Source of the DNA: Hyphochytrium catenoides
Lineage: Eukaryota > Protista > Hyphochytriomycota
DNA: 34,443 nucleotides
Assembly: GCA_900088475.1 (NCBI GenBank)
Contig: FLMG01001076.1
Span: forward strand, 1 to 34,443
Direction: 5' to 3'
A model generated the notes under the pieces. That model made no database searches. It was not told where the DNA came from and saw only the letters and a program-made list of their open reading frames with translations. This document shows, piece after piece, positions 21,601 through 34,443 of the stretch. How positions within the stretch are numbered: position 1 is the stretch's first letter; each line of letters starts with the position of its first letter. Made by a program: the position numbers and the translations under genes.

Positions 21601-24022
21601 AACTGCATACTTGTCCCTAGCGGGTTCACGAGGGAGTTAGCAGCGGGAACAGGACGGCAAGGCCAAGGAACGACGACATTCTCTCCATTCCCATCTGGTG
21701 TCGTATCTCAGGATAGACCTCCCTTCTGAGGATATCCCCTGCCGTAAGAATGTCCATTCAGCCAACTCCCCTCGTAAGACTCACCGGTCCATCGCCTGTT
21801 GGAAGACGTCGATCTGGGACGCGAGCTCCGGGAGAAGATGTCTGGTCTCAGCAATACGGTTATGCTGAGAAAGGAACTGTGCCAAGCCAAGTGAGAGAAG
21901 CTCTCCACGCATGGCGACACGCTCCTCTACGGCCAAAGGTGTGTTGACAATGATGTTCATGAAGGTGAGCAGAGAAGCTCTGAAGGAAGCGGACGAGGTT
22001 CTGGCCCTTAGAGTGTCCACCAGTGAGAAGAAGCGGCAAGGTTCCCCGCAAGTTATTTTGAACTCTTCCAAGGCATTAAGGATCATGTTAAGGCCCTCAT
22101 TACTGGTTCAGTGCAACACAAGGAGGCAAAAGGGTTAGGGATGGACCGTTGATGAGGACCGGTCAGCAGTGGACGTTGTCATTAGTAGCAAGCAAGACGG
22201 CGGGTCCCAAAGAGCGACATAAGGAGCAGGAGAGGCAAACGTGAACATGTACCAGATAGGCATCGTTAGAAGCATAACAAGCAGCATTTCAAGGGAACCT
22301 CGTCCTGAGCTCTAACTACAAGCTTCAGGAAGGGGATAACGAATAGCGGGGCAGCGATAGTTACCTGGCAAAACATAGAACCCCAGCAAGCTGTAGTGCA
22401 TTGATCTGAAGATGAAGATGGAGTTTGCAGCATTCATGAGCGATCGCGGTGGAGGAAACGGATCGTAGAAGAGAGAGCAGAGAAAGGAAAGAAAAGAGAG
22501 TATCCTGGCCATCAGGGAAGACAACGCATGCAGGGAGCTAGTAGTGCTAACAATGGACGTAGATAGTTGAAGGACAGAAAGATTAGGGTAGACGCTACCT
22601 TGAGCTCCTCCATTCTCACTGTGAAACAAAGAAGAATCTTTAGAGCTGCCCCTGGGGCCAATAAAATTCTCTCCAGTCCTTCCTTGTAGCTCGCGAACAT
22701 CATAATAGTTCGCAGGACGGCGCGGAAGACCTCGCAACTCCCCCGCGGCGCTGGGTGACAGAAGCTGCCAGAGGTATCTGGAAGGAATGTTATCAAAACC
22801 TCCAGCACTCGCTGGTCCATCAGCTCCAACCGCCATTGACTAGAATGGAGGACGAATAGGGTCAGTTTATGCCGGCTCGGAGAGGAAGATAAGGCAGCAC
22901 AGAGAGCGCAGGGGTTATCAAACGCCAGAGAACGCTTTTGGTCCCACTCCATTCACCTTCATCTTCTCTTCATAAAACCGTTCTCCTTCTGCTAAGCGGC
23001 TTACCTCGAATACTGCGTAAGGTTCTCCCTCACTGTCTTCAACAGTCTGACCAACGCTTTCAAATCGCCCTCTTGTTGCAGGCGGAGCAACTCCTCCACA
23101 TAATCACCCGGCGTCCAGGAATCCAACAGCTCCTGATGAATGACCTCAGGAACCGCTTTCTGTTGCTCCGCACTGCGAAGTCGACGTCAACAAGAAGAGT
23201 TAGCCAGCATAGAAGGAAAGTAGATGCGCAGCTAACAAGACTAGAGACGCTCAGCTGGCGAAGGGTCGGACCAAGCGCCATTTGCCAAAGACCACCTTAA
23301 ACGGGTAGCGAAGGCTTTTTCTTTAGAGGTGTAAGAAGAAACGAAGGTATTGCAGGAAGAATCGAAGATCATGGGGAAGAGGTTTGAGGGAGACATGGAG
23401 TTAAATAAATGGGCCGCCCACCTGAAAATCTGGAACCACTGGCTCTGCACAGTCTGAATCCTGACCTGCTGCTGTATAACCCCAGGTGGCAAGTCTCGGT
23501 CTTTCAGCAGCTCCTCAAACATCCGATGTACCTCTTCAGAAGGCGGAGGAAGCGGTACCTGTGGCAAAGGGTTCAACCAAAAGGGCGACAAAGCACTTCA
23601 GTTAATCGCCATGGTCAGGGACGCGAGCAGGGCACTCAAATGCTAAGCAAAACAGCAAAAGGAGCCGGCATCTCAGGCGACCGCATCCTCACAGAACGGT
23701 AGGACGAAGGATATAAGAAATGTTAGCCAAGGATATTGGCAGGGTGGTCGACAAGAGAGATCTACCGAAAGAGAGATAGACTCCAGGTAATATCAAGGAG
23801 AGTCAAGGAGAGAATATCTCGCATGGCGGCGCCATGAAGTTTCTTTCTCGCATAGCCCCTGAGAGGAAACTGCAGCATTACCTGTGCCCTTAAAACAGTT
23901 TTCTTTGGAGCCAGCCGGCCCCGCTTTCCAATCCCTACTCCAGGGTTTGGGGCAAAGGAGAGGGAAGACTTTCCCGCTGCAGCAGGAGCTGACTTTGATA
24001 GGGTAGAGAGAGAAGCCCCCAT
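15601..24022 (-). CDS. Diaphanous-related formin (GBD-FH3, Pro/Ser-rich region with CCDC53-like repeats, FH2, C-terminal tail); multi-exon
   Basis: GBD-like PPSEEVHRMFEELLKDRDLPP; FH3-like RFFSLVDTL...LTFMNIIVNTP...RVAMRGELLSLGL; FH2 motifs LKNLHWDVI, IVDPARSKNLAI, IPRLPARI, IGNFMN..RGEAYGFKLSNLGKL, TSLLHLL, KFGENP. Start MGASLS at 24022; DAD-like KLLEKL near the C-terminus. Terminal exons are less certain. Confidence 0.9.
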
Positions 24023-25106
24023 GCTTGTCGGAGTACGGACCGCCCACCCAAGACCTACGAGTCCAACCGCAATCACTGAGAAGTTTGCCAGCACCGACAG
24101 AATGACACCAAGAAGCACTGGAAACAACCAACCCGAAGTCGGAGAAGAGAAGAACAGTAAAGAGACAGGAGGCGAGACCCCTGCGCCTGCACCAGAGAGG
24201 TACAGCTTGCACCCGAGAAGTGCAATTGTGAAGGCGAGAAGCTCAAGGAGACTGCGGCGCAGAGAGCTGGAAGATGAGGAAGACGGGTGGCGAGAAAGGG
24301 CACAGCAGGAGCTGGTCGCTGGCTGGCGCTTTGGCATGGACCTGAGAGCTGCAGCGCCTCTCTCTCTCTTCCCTCACCAGGACAGGATGCTGCTCTGGAG
24401 ACAGGGATGAGGAGGAGGTGACGAAGGAGTGGGCCAAATGTTATCGTCTCAGGATGGCAGTAGAAGGAGAAGAAGAGTGGGATGCTGAAGGCTGTTCCAG
24501 AGCGAGACAGGGACTGTAGTGCGTTGTTAGGCTAAGGGCCCCCGGCTAGATAGCGAATCGTCCCCATCAGAATCCTGCCCCAAGTGGCCGCGACACGACC
24601 TCCTTCCCCCTCTCCCTAAACCCCAGGACAGCGGAGCCGTACGGCCAGCGGCAGAGAGACAGGCCCTGAGGGTGTGGGTAGGTGTATGGTGGCTGATGAG
24701 GGAGGAAGTCTTTGGTTCGAGAGTGAGGAAGGTCCAGAAGCGAGATGCACTCCTCATGCCGTCGGTCATCGCCACATCTGACCCGACCAGCTCCGATGCC
24801 GTTTGGATGCATTCCTTGTCTCTTGCTGAGAACCCTGAGCCTGTGCCGGGACCTGCCTTCCTCTCTCTCCTCCCTCCCTTCCCCCGTCTCCGCCTGCTGG
24901 CCTCGATCCTCAGCCCTGTGCTGTCCTCCTTGTCCTCCTTCAATCACTTGTTCAATCATCATCATCATCACCGCACGGCCAGCAGCACCAAAGGGAGGAG
25001 GAGCTTTCCGTATCTTTCAGCGAAACATTTCAAGAAGGGGAACAGCCTGCGGCTGAAAGAAATATTTGCCGGAAATGTTGCAGAATGCAATGTTGTAACG
25101 CCCTTC

Positions 25107-25109
<3 letters not shown>

Positions 25110-25159
<50 letters not shown>

Positions 25160-25241
25160 CTCTCTCTGTCTCTCTGTCTCTCTTCTCTGTCTCTCTCTCT
25201 CGCTCGCACACTCGCTCTCTCTCTCTCTCTCTTCTCTTCTC
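25110..25241. repeat. (CT)n microsatellite (pure about 25110-25155, then imperfect)
   Basis: Directly visible. Confidence 0.97.
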
Positions 25242-25426
25242 ACCGCTCTACTTTTCTCCCTTCTTGTCATGGTCTCCTTGTCATGGTCTCCTCCTCCCCT
25301 GCTAGTTGTTCTTCAGGCTGGCACCGTACATAGTTAAGGCTCAGAAGAAACGGACCAACCATCACAGGGGAGAGATCCAAGTTCTACTGAGCGAGTCACA
25401 AGAGTTAGCAAGCCAAGAAAGGGCCA

Positions 25427-25427
25427 G

Positions 25428-25459
<32 letters not shown>
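25427..25459. repeat. (GA)n microsatellite
   Basis: Directly visible. Confidence 0.95.
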
Positions 25460-25462
<3 letters not shown>

Positions 25463-25735
25463 CGAGCAGTCATGATACCGTTTTACCTAGTTTACCTAGA
25501 TGAAGGGCCACGAACGGCAGCGGAAAGAGTCAAAGAACTGATTCCTCTCCCTCACTGGCCCGGAGAGGAAATATGTACGGACCAAGGGTAACAGCCCATC
25601 TACTTAGTACTGCGGCCCATGTCCTGAGTCCTCCTTCCGTGTCTCTCTCTCTCCCTCTTTCTCCCTTCTCTCGCTCTTCTTCTCCTCTGATTCTCTACTC
25701 TTCGGCGAGTGGTATGGTCTTTCTTTCTTCCTATT

Positions 25736-25754
25736 CTTTCTCTCTCTTTCACTT

Positions 25755-25786
<32 letters not shown>

Positions 25787-25787
25787 C
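25736..25787. repeat. Imperfect (CT)n microsatellite
   Basis: Directly visible. Confidence 0.9.
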
Positions 25788-27277
25788 GTGCTCAATCCCT
25801 CGCTCGTGGCTCCGCCGCCGAAGGACAAGCAGACAGCTTCGTCCGATGATGTCCCTTTTCTTGCTTGTAACAACTTCCCATGCGTTGCTCGTCATCAGCG
25901 GCCGGACAGACAGGGCGGAAGGCCGGGTATTCCCATCCTCCAAGGATGAGGAAAGAGAAACATAGAGAGGAAGAGGGAGAGAAAGAGAAAGAGAGAGTCG
26001 CACAAGGAAAAGCATGTGGAGGCGGATGGCAGAGCCCATGTTTGCCGAGAGACCTAGGATTGACACTCAGATCAGACGGGTAAGGGAGGGAGTAAAGACA
26101 GAGGGTTCGAAGGAAGTAATTCAAGGAACAGTGGGCGAGAGAAGGGAACCAGTAGCAATGGAAACAGGCCGGTACAATTTCTTTTAGTCATGGAACGGAC
26201 AGGGAAGGAGATCTGACCTGACATCAGAGCAGCCTCCGAAGGAAGAGAAGGGGGTAGCGGCGACCGCCTGTGGGTCTCAGTCGGACATACCTTCCAGGTT
26301 TCGCCTAGATCCCCTTGACACAAAGCCATGTAACGCCTCAGCCAGTTTTAAAAAATGCAGCGAATGATGACACAGCTTGGAGGATGGGCAGCGCGAAAGC
26401 CTGAGATTCTGTTTTGCATGGTGATCAGAGCCTGTAAGAACTGAGACGGGATGTCGTTTGATAATAGACAGGATGATGCCGCGAATACCGAGAGTATGGG
26501 ACTCGTGAGCACACAGAGTCCGTTAGACACTCAACATGGTGCTCAGGCATTTCACACGCCCATGGGATCTACTGGATATCTCTCATCCCAATCTGCGGCC
26601 GCCGCATCTGAAAGTAGTCGACAGGAAGAATGAAATTAGTAAGGAAGATATACTGTCCAGGTCCACTGCTTAGTTTGGTTCGGACGTCGTGGAGAAGAAA
26701 CTAGTCAGTATTGAGACTCGGGCCTGCAAGGGTACTGAAGCAGTGAAAGGGCTATGGGTCTTTGCAGTAGGGGAACCGCGGTTAGCTTTGCCGTGAGTAG
26801 CAGAGTGGCGCTTGGGACGGCGGACGTTGGTTTCTAGCCAACTATCTATGGAGGCGATGCCGCTTCACCAGTCTCCTATAGTAGTTCAAAGACATGCTTC
26901 TTTTAAAGCCCATCTTCTGAACTCTTTGGCTGCTCTTTGTTCTCAACATCCCGTCTGCCGGCTGCATGAGAAGAAGCTGTCCGCTGCCTCAATTTAGGTC
27001 AGTCACTTGAGAGAAAGGGCTGGAAAGGCGGGCAGCGATGGAAGAGGGTAGAGGATGAGATCAAGTATCGGCGGTGCATTAACTTATAAAAAATAAATTA
27101 CTGAAGATAAATACTGTCCCAGCCTATGCCCATCCCATTGCTCTCGTGACTGTCCCGACAGGAGCTAGAGCTTAAGCGGTGGGGCCCACAAGGACAGAGT
27201 AGGTGCCATCTAGGACATTACTAGGACAGGAAAATGAAGGGCGATTGAAACAGAGAAGAGAGTAAAGCTGAATGCAA

Positions 27278-30200
27278 TCAGCTTTCAACGTCAAAAATCC
27301 TTCGGGTCGGGTCGAAGCCGCGCACATTTTCTTGGCTTCGCCTCCTGAAGGCGTCACAACTATCTGCCCACTTGCGGTCGAAGTCTTCTAAAAGTGTGGG
27401 GATCTTCTGCCTGAAGTGCTGTATCCGGTCCGAGTAATTGATATCCTCACGGTGTTTCTGGGAGAAGATCTCGGTGACCTTGCGCTTGTACTCGTACTCC
27501 TGCTTCTCCAGGAGCTTCCTCACCCAGCGAGGGCGGCGGTGGATCACCTTGTTTATCAAGAAGAAAAGAATGAAGACTCCATGCTAGGCACAGAGCAGAG
27601 TGAATGATGAGCGAAGTCAGAATGAGGATAGAATCAGAACGAGGGCAAGGGAAATAAAAGTCGGTAAGATGATGAACTTGCGCTAATAGCAGCAGTGATA
27701 AGGATTCTCCTTCTTACCTCCATTAACACCATCCACTCGAATCGCTGTCTCAAACTCTTGCACTCGTACTGGGGGATCATTGGTGGCAATCTATCTCCAG
27801 GAGCCCCAATCGGGGCAGGACAGCCAGCATACCAGTCAAAGCTGCCGGTGGCGAAGCAGATGAGCGCGAGAGTGATGAAGACGGAGAGGATATTGCTAAA
27901 GCGGAGGCAGGCAAACCAGAGCCCAATCGAGGTGGTCTTCCGAGGGACCGGTCGAGAGGATGTGTAGCACAGCTGACCGGAGTGCGACCATGAGCATGGA
28001 GAGAGGTACAGAAAAGAATATCAGCGGCCAATCTCTATTCTCAAGTCGCGAGGAGGGAGAGAGTAGGAAGCTGAATGGAAGGCATTGCTCGTGAAGAAGG
28101 TAGAAAAATATGCATTTCTTTCATATACAGACTAGAGAAGGAGCGAGAACTACAGAGCAAAGAGAACAAAGACGGACATTATAGAGGAATGGGCCACACT
28201 GTACCTTGAATGCTGAAGACCTGACTTCGAAGAGATTGTTGATGAGTCCGCAGAGGGGAATGAACGGCCAGATCGAGGAAAATTGGCAGACATAGCCAAA
28301 CTGAACAACGATGTCCGCATAATCCGCGAAGGGATGGTACTCATCCTGTCAGTGCGGTGAGGTCAGTGGTGCACGGCGAAAACGACTGCGGGATAAGTAT
28401 ACAAGGCAGCGAGCGAGAGATCTCGAGAGCAGCGAAGCGATATTAATTTGACTATGAGGGCGAGCAGCAGAGAGGGCAGCAACTAAGCAAGGGATCAGCT
28501 GAAATATTTTTTTGGTGTTAGCGGCAAACTGCTTAGCTCCCAGCCGCAAACTTTCAAGTTCCACAAAGGCCGAGATTGTGCAGAAGGTACGTGAGCAAAC
28601 CTGATCGCTCTGTTGCAGCACACGGTCTAGATAAGCTTCCATCAGCTGACTCTCCAGCTGTCGTCGGAGCAGTTGCTTCTTCAGCATCCTAGAGGGCAGG
28701 GAGCCCTTTCTGCTACCGGCGATAGACATCCCCTCAGCTTGGCTTCCCTCCTAAAAAAGATGACATGGAGAGCACATGCAATTCAAAGAAAAAAACTGCC
28801 CTTAGCTCAGCGGTTCTACGACGGGTAGACTTGGACCAGTAAGAGATCAGAAAGCGGGAGAATGGACAGAACGACTTAGATGATTGTGTGAGGTGTTACC
28901 CCTCGACTGGAGACCGTCAGGGTGTTGGCACCGCCGGTTCTATCTCGTCCATCCATGTTACAGCTTGCAGATGGAGCGTGCCCTCCGGATTGTCCTATTA
29001 TTCTGTCCCACAGCTCTCTTCCGTCCTTCTCGTCCTCTTTCTCAGAGTTTTTCTGCGAGATAGGCGAGAGCTGCTTAGGTTTCAAAGTTAGTCTTAGACG
29101 CGAGAGTAGGCTGCGGAGGAGCACCTACCGACTCTGCCACCTGATGGGGCTCCTTAGGCCTATCAAACTGTCTAACTACGGAGCTGTCACTGTTGTGCCG
29201 ACTGACCCCAGGTTCGCTGATCCCGGGATTATCACTGTTCTCGCGATGCTCTTTGGCGAGAGTAAAGCTCTGCACCTCTGACCTTCGCCTTCCTTCCTGC
29301 TCCGAAGGATAGCGAGAGCCAATTACTCTAGAGCTGGCTTGGCCTCTGCGTCCGCGAAGCCGTGGCGTGGGGGGCATCGAGCTCATCAGCTCTCTTGGCA
29401 GGGGCAGGGGCGCCTTGTCAGGAGACTCGTTGGGACCCTTTAGATTCCGAAGCTGCAATGGTAAGAGACTTATGAGGAACCGGCGGTACGTCACGAAGTG
29501 CATCCAGCAAAGCAGGTGGGAATATAATATTGACATTTTTTTGTGTCGCACCTCACGAGCCCTATCCGACGTGTTTCGAGTCTGCGTTGAACGCTTCATC
29601 TTACTCCTAGAGAGAGCGACAAGGCGAGAAAGGGATGAGAACTGTTGCAATACGTAAAAGTTTAGGCACATGATAGGCAGCATCCCTATGGACTAGGGAC
29701 AGTGGTTGCAAACGGTGGAAACAACCTGGAATAAACGATCCGGGACGCAAAGGAGCAGGCCATCTATCTATCTATTCACTGACATGGTGGTGTCCGTCAT
29801 TTGGTGAATTTCCTTGTACAGCTTTTCAATCCTCTCTGCTATTGTATTGGCTGTCTTCAGAGTCTTCTTCACTAGCCTTAGTCCAATGTAAGGGCCAAAG
29901 GTGTTCACCAGCATGTTCAGGGCCTTTTGGAAAAAAACACGTTAACAGGCGTTATGAACTGAACGCTCCTTCTTCACTCTTCTTCCCACTGTATGCCTTG
30001 GTGCCACTGTCTCCCGAACGTTGACACCCAGAACAAAAAGAGTGCATCTTCGCCTGTGTCTATGTCGCTCTGTCACGCTTCCCCTTGCTCATTTGCCTTC
30101 ACTCACCTGAGTGACGACGACCGGAGTCACAAAGATCTCCCCTAGGTCTACCACCCCTGGAGTATATATTGATGTCCAGGGAAGTATGCCGAGCTTGTTC

Positions 30201-31260
30201 ATAAAGGCAGTGAACTCCTCGCCCCAGGGAATGTAGACGAAGGCGATCATCCAGAACCAGCTGTATATTCCAAAGTAGTCCCAAGTGAAAATCTTGACTG
30301 TCAGACTATTATGATAGCCTTGTTCTTTATTGCGGTAATTGAAGGAGAGCACAGGAAACGCTGAGGTTAACGTGGAACTTTTTTAGAAAAGAGTCTCAAA
30401 GAAACGGATGAGGCCGGTGCGTGGTAGGGATAGAGTGTGAGCAAGTTGGAGAATAGTTGATGCCATAGAGAACTGTGTGGAGAAGAGGAGATTGAGGAAA
30501 GAAGACCGCATAACCAAAATGAGCATGCAACGGCTGCATAGCAAGGTCCTAACGACAGATGGAGGAATTCTTTGGAAAGAGGAACTGTCGGAAGGCTCAT
30601 CAGGTATAGAAGGCAGCTGAAGTGAGAAAAGGGCAACCTAGAGGAGACACGCAGCTCTCCTACCTGTCCTATAGTTCTCCCAGTCCGTCAGAAGTAGCGC
30701 CAGACTCCGAAAGATTTGATATTGTACTATGTCAATGGTTAGACCAAGAAGAATGCCTTGAATAAGCACCAGCAGCCAGTTCGTGAAGCTCGGGGGCGGA
30801 GAGCACTTCCCCGCGCAACTGGGGAGAGTCGAAGGCAGTGAGAAGTGTCAATTGAGAGCAGCCGTCATGGGCGAGAGACACTAGGCAAGGCAATGTTGAC
30901 GGACTACAGGCGATTCTATAGGGCAGTAGATTCTAAGTTGGAGTGCCACACAGCGCAGTGGAAGAAGAAGAAAGCAAAAGGAGAGTAGGTTCGTATCAGG
31001 ATCTAAAGCACGAGCTTCAGCCTCACCCTGTCTTGATATAAATATAGAGGTCCACGAAGCCAACCGTAAGGATCACTTCCACAATGACGAAAACCGCAAA
31101 CAGGAGGGCACCGACGCTCAGCTTCAGGCCACGCTTTCTCTTGGAATATTGCTGTGAATTGATAAGAGTAGAGAATTAGATAAAGTCGCTTCTTAGACTA
31201 ATCTCACAGCGTCGGATGCGCTTTCTCTCTCTCTCCCTCTCTCCCTCTCTCCCTCTCTCC

Positions 31261-31295
<35 letters not shown>

Positions 31296-34102
31296 CTTCC
31301 CGGTCATTTTCTCTCTATTTCTCTGTTTCTCTGTCAGGTTCGTCTGTATGCCTGTCTCTCTGTCCTCAATCTCTCACTCTCCGTCTCTCGCTCTTACTGC
31401 TACAATCACTAACCTCGACCAGCATCTACGCTTACCTGTGACGGCTCTCCTGTGACAGGATCAACAGCGTTGTCACCCCTGAAGTTCTTATTGACATAAA
31501 GCTTATCTTCGTGGCCTCTGACGCCCCAGATAACTGCCAGCTCACTTGCCCGGCGCTTCCAGCACCTAATCAAAGCATTGAAGCCGTATCAGAAGATGTT
31601 TGTCAGGGACAGGGAGAGATAAGCTATACGGCTCCTACGGAAGGCAAAGGAGAACGCAGTGGCTCCAACTTCATGGCAGGTGCTGCACGTATTGGCCTAC
31701 CTTAGAAAGAGAGTTGCCCAAATGCCGCAAATCAAGAGACCAAAGATAGCCAGTCCTTTGAAGTAGAATTCCACCGAGAAGAAGGAAGTGCAATAAAGCA
31801 GAACGCCACCAATGGAAGGCACTATAAGCCATTTGGTGTACGTGTCCATGTAGGCAAAGTATAGCGCCACTGAGAGTTTGTTTTGGTGGAAATTGAGGGC
31901 GGCAAAAGGGCAGAGTTAGACTTGTACTCAAGAGACAGCTTTACAGCACAGCACTATGTGCAGTGCAGGTCGTGGCGGGGTCGCGTGCATGACCCGCAGG
32001 GTAGCAAGCACTCAGGAGCGAGGAATGTGAGTGGCAGACGGGAGATCGGTCAATGCCCAACGTGGAAAGGAGGAATATTACTGAGAGGTGAGATGCGAAG
32101 CCTTGATAGACATCAAGAGCTGCAAAAACGGCTTCTTCGTTCCATAGAATGTGAGGTAATGCCCGCTATCCCTTGTGCCATCGACTAACAAGATAACCTC
32201 ACCTCTCTCCCCATAGTGGATTCTGATTTCCTGCACGAAGGGGTCGATATCTCTGAAATAGTCCCACAGACTGGTCCACCACTGGTTCACAAAGTGGCGA
32301 ATGAAAGCGTCATTGTGCAAGGGGAGCACTCTGTGCGGTGATAGTGGGCAGTCGAAAATTAAAAGGTAGGAAGCGAGCATGGGTCACTAAGAGATCGCGG
32401 CAATTAGGGAACGGTCCACAGAGCCGTGAAGGCAGACACCATGAGGTTATGGCAAGAAGGTAGGAGAGGAGTCTAGAAGACGCTAAGCTGCAATGCTTGC
32501 TTCTCCTTTCCCAGGAATTACCTGTCTATTACATGGTCGAAGTCCTGAATGCCCACTCCTCCCTCCTCCAACTTGGCATGCAAGATCCGGTCCATTAGGA
32601 ATATCCTGTCTCCAGGTGTCAGACTCTTGCTGCGTACACTTTCCATCAACTCATCACGGTCCAATCCTCCCAGCTTCAGCCACCGCTCTCGGCTTGCCTT
32701 CTTGGCCTCCAGGAGCAGGACTTCCTCCTCCACTTGCAGCAAAATGATGATCTTGAGCTCATTGGTGACTGTGATTTTTGTCTCCACCCGAGGTGATAGA
32801 CCAGCGGCTTGGAGTCTGCGGCGTTCGCACAATATATAAGATGAAGTCCAGTTTCTTTCCTCTTTCCCTTCTAATATTAGCCCTTCTTCCTGTCTCACTA
32901 ATGTTACTATGCGAAGAAGCTTTCCACAAGGAAGCCTCCTCTGCGTCCCTCTCCCTCCCAATGTCGCCATTCTTTTATGCTAGTCCCCATGCTAATCCCC
33001 TTGACAACTTTATTACCTCGCTAGCAGCTCATGTACTGCTTTCACTACTGAAGCGTGTGTTTTCTTATTGATTCCCCCGCAGTATGGAATCGTTCCTCTC
33101 TCCTTCCAAGACTTAGCCACGGTCATGACTACAGCGTACTCGTAGTTCAGCATCCGCGCCTTCCTAGCTTCTTTTGTCAGTCGATCCTCCCTGCGGAGAG
33201 GTAATCGGAAGTTGACGATGTGAGAAAGCTTACACAAGGTAAACGTTACGAGTGGATCTACTAGAGGAGCAGAGGTCACTAAAGACCGCGATTCCTAGTG
33301 GGAGCTGCTTTTGCTTGTTAGATAGACGGAAGAATGTACAGGCACATATAGAGGGCAGCTGACCATATCGTCGTCAAACCGGTGGTTTCTGTCTCCGAGG
33401 TTATTTTGCTTCTGCTCAACCTCTTTCGTGCTTCTCCTTCCTCCTCCAGAATGCCCTGCAGTCCTTTAAACTCTCTTTGCTGGCGATACAGGCAGCTCAA
33501 CGAGTGCGGGGACAGTGCCAGATCATCATACTAGAGACAGGACGATATTGAGAGGAAGGTCAAACACCGATGAAACGGGACAGAAGTCATAAGAGGCAAG
33601 CAGGAACGAAGCTCGAAAGTGACAGGAACGAGAGGAGAAGGGCCTGATGTAGGACCCCAGAGTTGCGAAAGCCAGGAAGTGAGAAAAGTAATGACTGGCA
33701 TGGGTGGCAAGGAAAGATGGAAAACGAAACTAGTGAGGCAAGATGGACCGTCCCTCTCAAGAAACTGTTAGAGCGACCCAAGCCCACCTTGTGGAGCTGT
33801 AGAGTGGACCGTCGGAGGTACTTAGGAGAGCGGAGAAAGGCACCAGGGCTCGTACATCCGCTGCTGTGCCGCTCTTCACAACTGAAAGTCCCGTCTCCTT
33901 CTTCACTTTCTGCGTCGAATTCATCGCCTTCCTTCATCTCAATATGGTCTTCACTCATTTCCACCTCTTGGGTCGCCGCCTCTTGCCTTGCAGTCAAGGC
34001 ATCAACCTGAATGACGTGTTCATTTGGCTCTTGATGACTAGAAGAGGGCTCTGCCATGGTGCTGAAGTTCGTGTCAAGATGTAGCTCCGTGGAGATGTCC
34101 AT
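27278..34102 (-). CDS. Anoctamin/TMEM16 family membrane protein; multi-exon (start at 34102 or at MAEPSS near 34057)
   Basis: Ordered motifs RRLQAAGL, LTPGDRI, VLPLHND, EIRIHYGER, LTDWENYR, YHNSLTVKIF...MIAF, DYADIVVQFGYV...INNLFEVR..AFK, RPVPRKTTSIGLW across GT-AG-bounded exons. Confidence 0.92.
31221..31335. repeat. Imperfect (CT)n microsatellite within an anoctamin intron
   Basis: Directly visible. Confidence 0.9.
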
Positions 34103-34443
34103 GTGTCTAGTTAGCGTTCAGCATCTAAAGTCTCCGGCAAGAGGGGCCTAAGATTCAACACCGCCTCGTCTGCGGGAGGAGTGCTGCCGATCTGAGCAAG
34201 GCAGCTAGTGTGTCACAGAAGCTTCTCAGGACCTCTATGATCTACGTTTGCCTTTGTGTCCGCAGATAGTGGAAGACTTGGGTTCCACGGACTGCGTCCT
34301 CATTCTCCCTGCACTCGCGTGAAGTCCCTCGATTCACAATTGGTTGCTCCTCTCTCTCCTTACTTTGACCGCCCTTCTTCAGGTAGAGCTGTACTCTCTG
34401 CCGCTGGACCCTACCGCGGAGCTCCTCAACATTCTTCCTGACC

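Noticed and set aside
22131-22140. AGGGTTAGGG telomere-like motif in a formin intron
   Set aside because: Under two repeat units; expected by chance in 34 kb.
24500-27000. Many short ORFs (Ser/Leu- or Arg/Glu-rich) and a His run
   Set aside because: Explained by CT/GA and CAT microsatellites; no domain motifs or coherent exon chain.

Overview
Eukaryotic nuclear DNA with many short GT-AG introns; a stramenopile-like protist or alga is my inference from the formin architecture. The window has two zones. (1) About 1-8,300 is a graveyard of nested, degraded transposons: two Copia gag remnants with LTRs, a Gypsy integrase end with PPT and LTR plus a second truncated LTR copy, a broken hAT-type BED-finger ORF, and a 345-N assembly gap. 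A ~220-bp LTR-like repeat there (2 copies) carries an antisense tRNA-like Pol III cassette. (2) About 9,400-34,100 holds five intron-containing genes: mitochondrial ribosomal protein bL27m (-), a telobox-Myb + C-terminal ubiquitin-like protein (+; its Myb exon is absent from the ORF track), DPH7/WDR85 (+), a large GBD-FH3-FH2 formin with four CCDC53/WASHC3-like repeats (-), and an anoctamin/TMEM16 (-) in which two conserved acidic Ca2+ ligands appear neutralised. All gene models were spliced by eye and no database searches were run.
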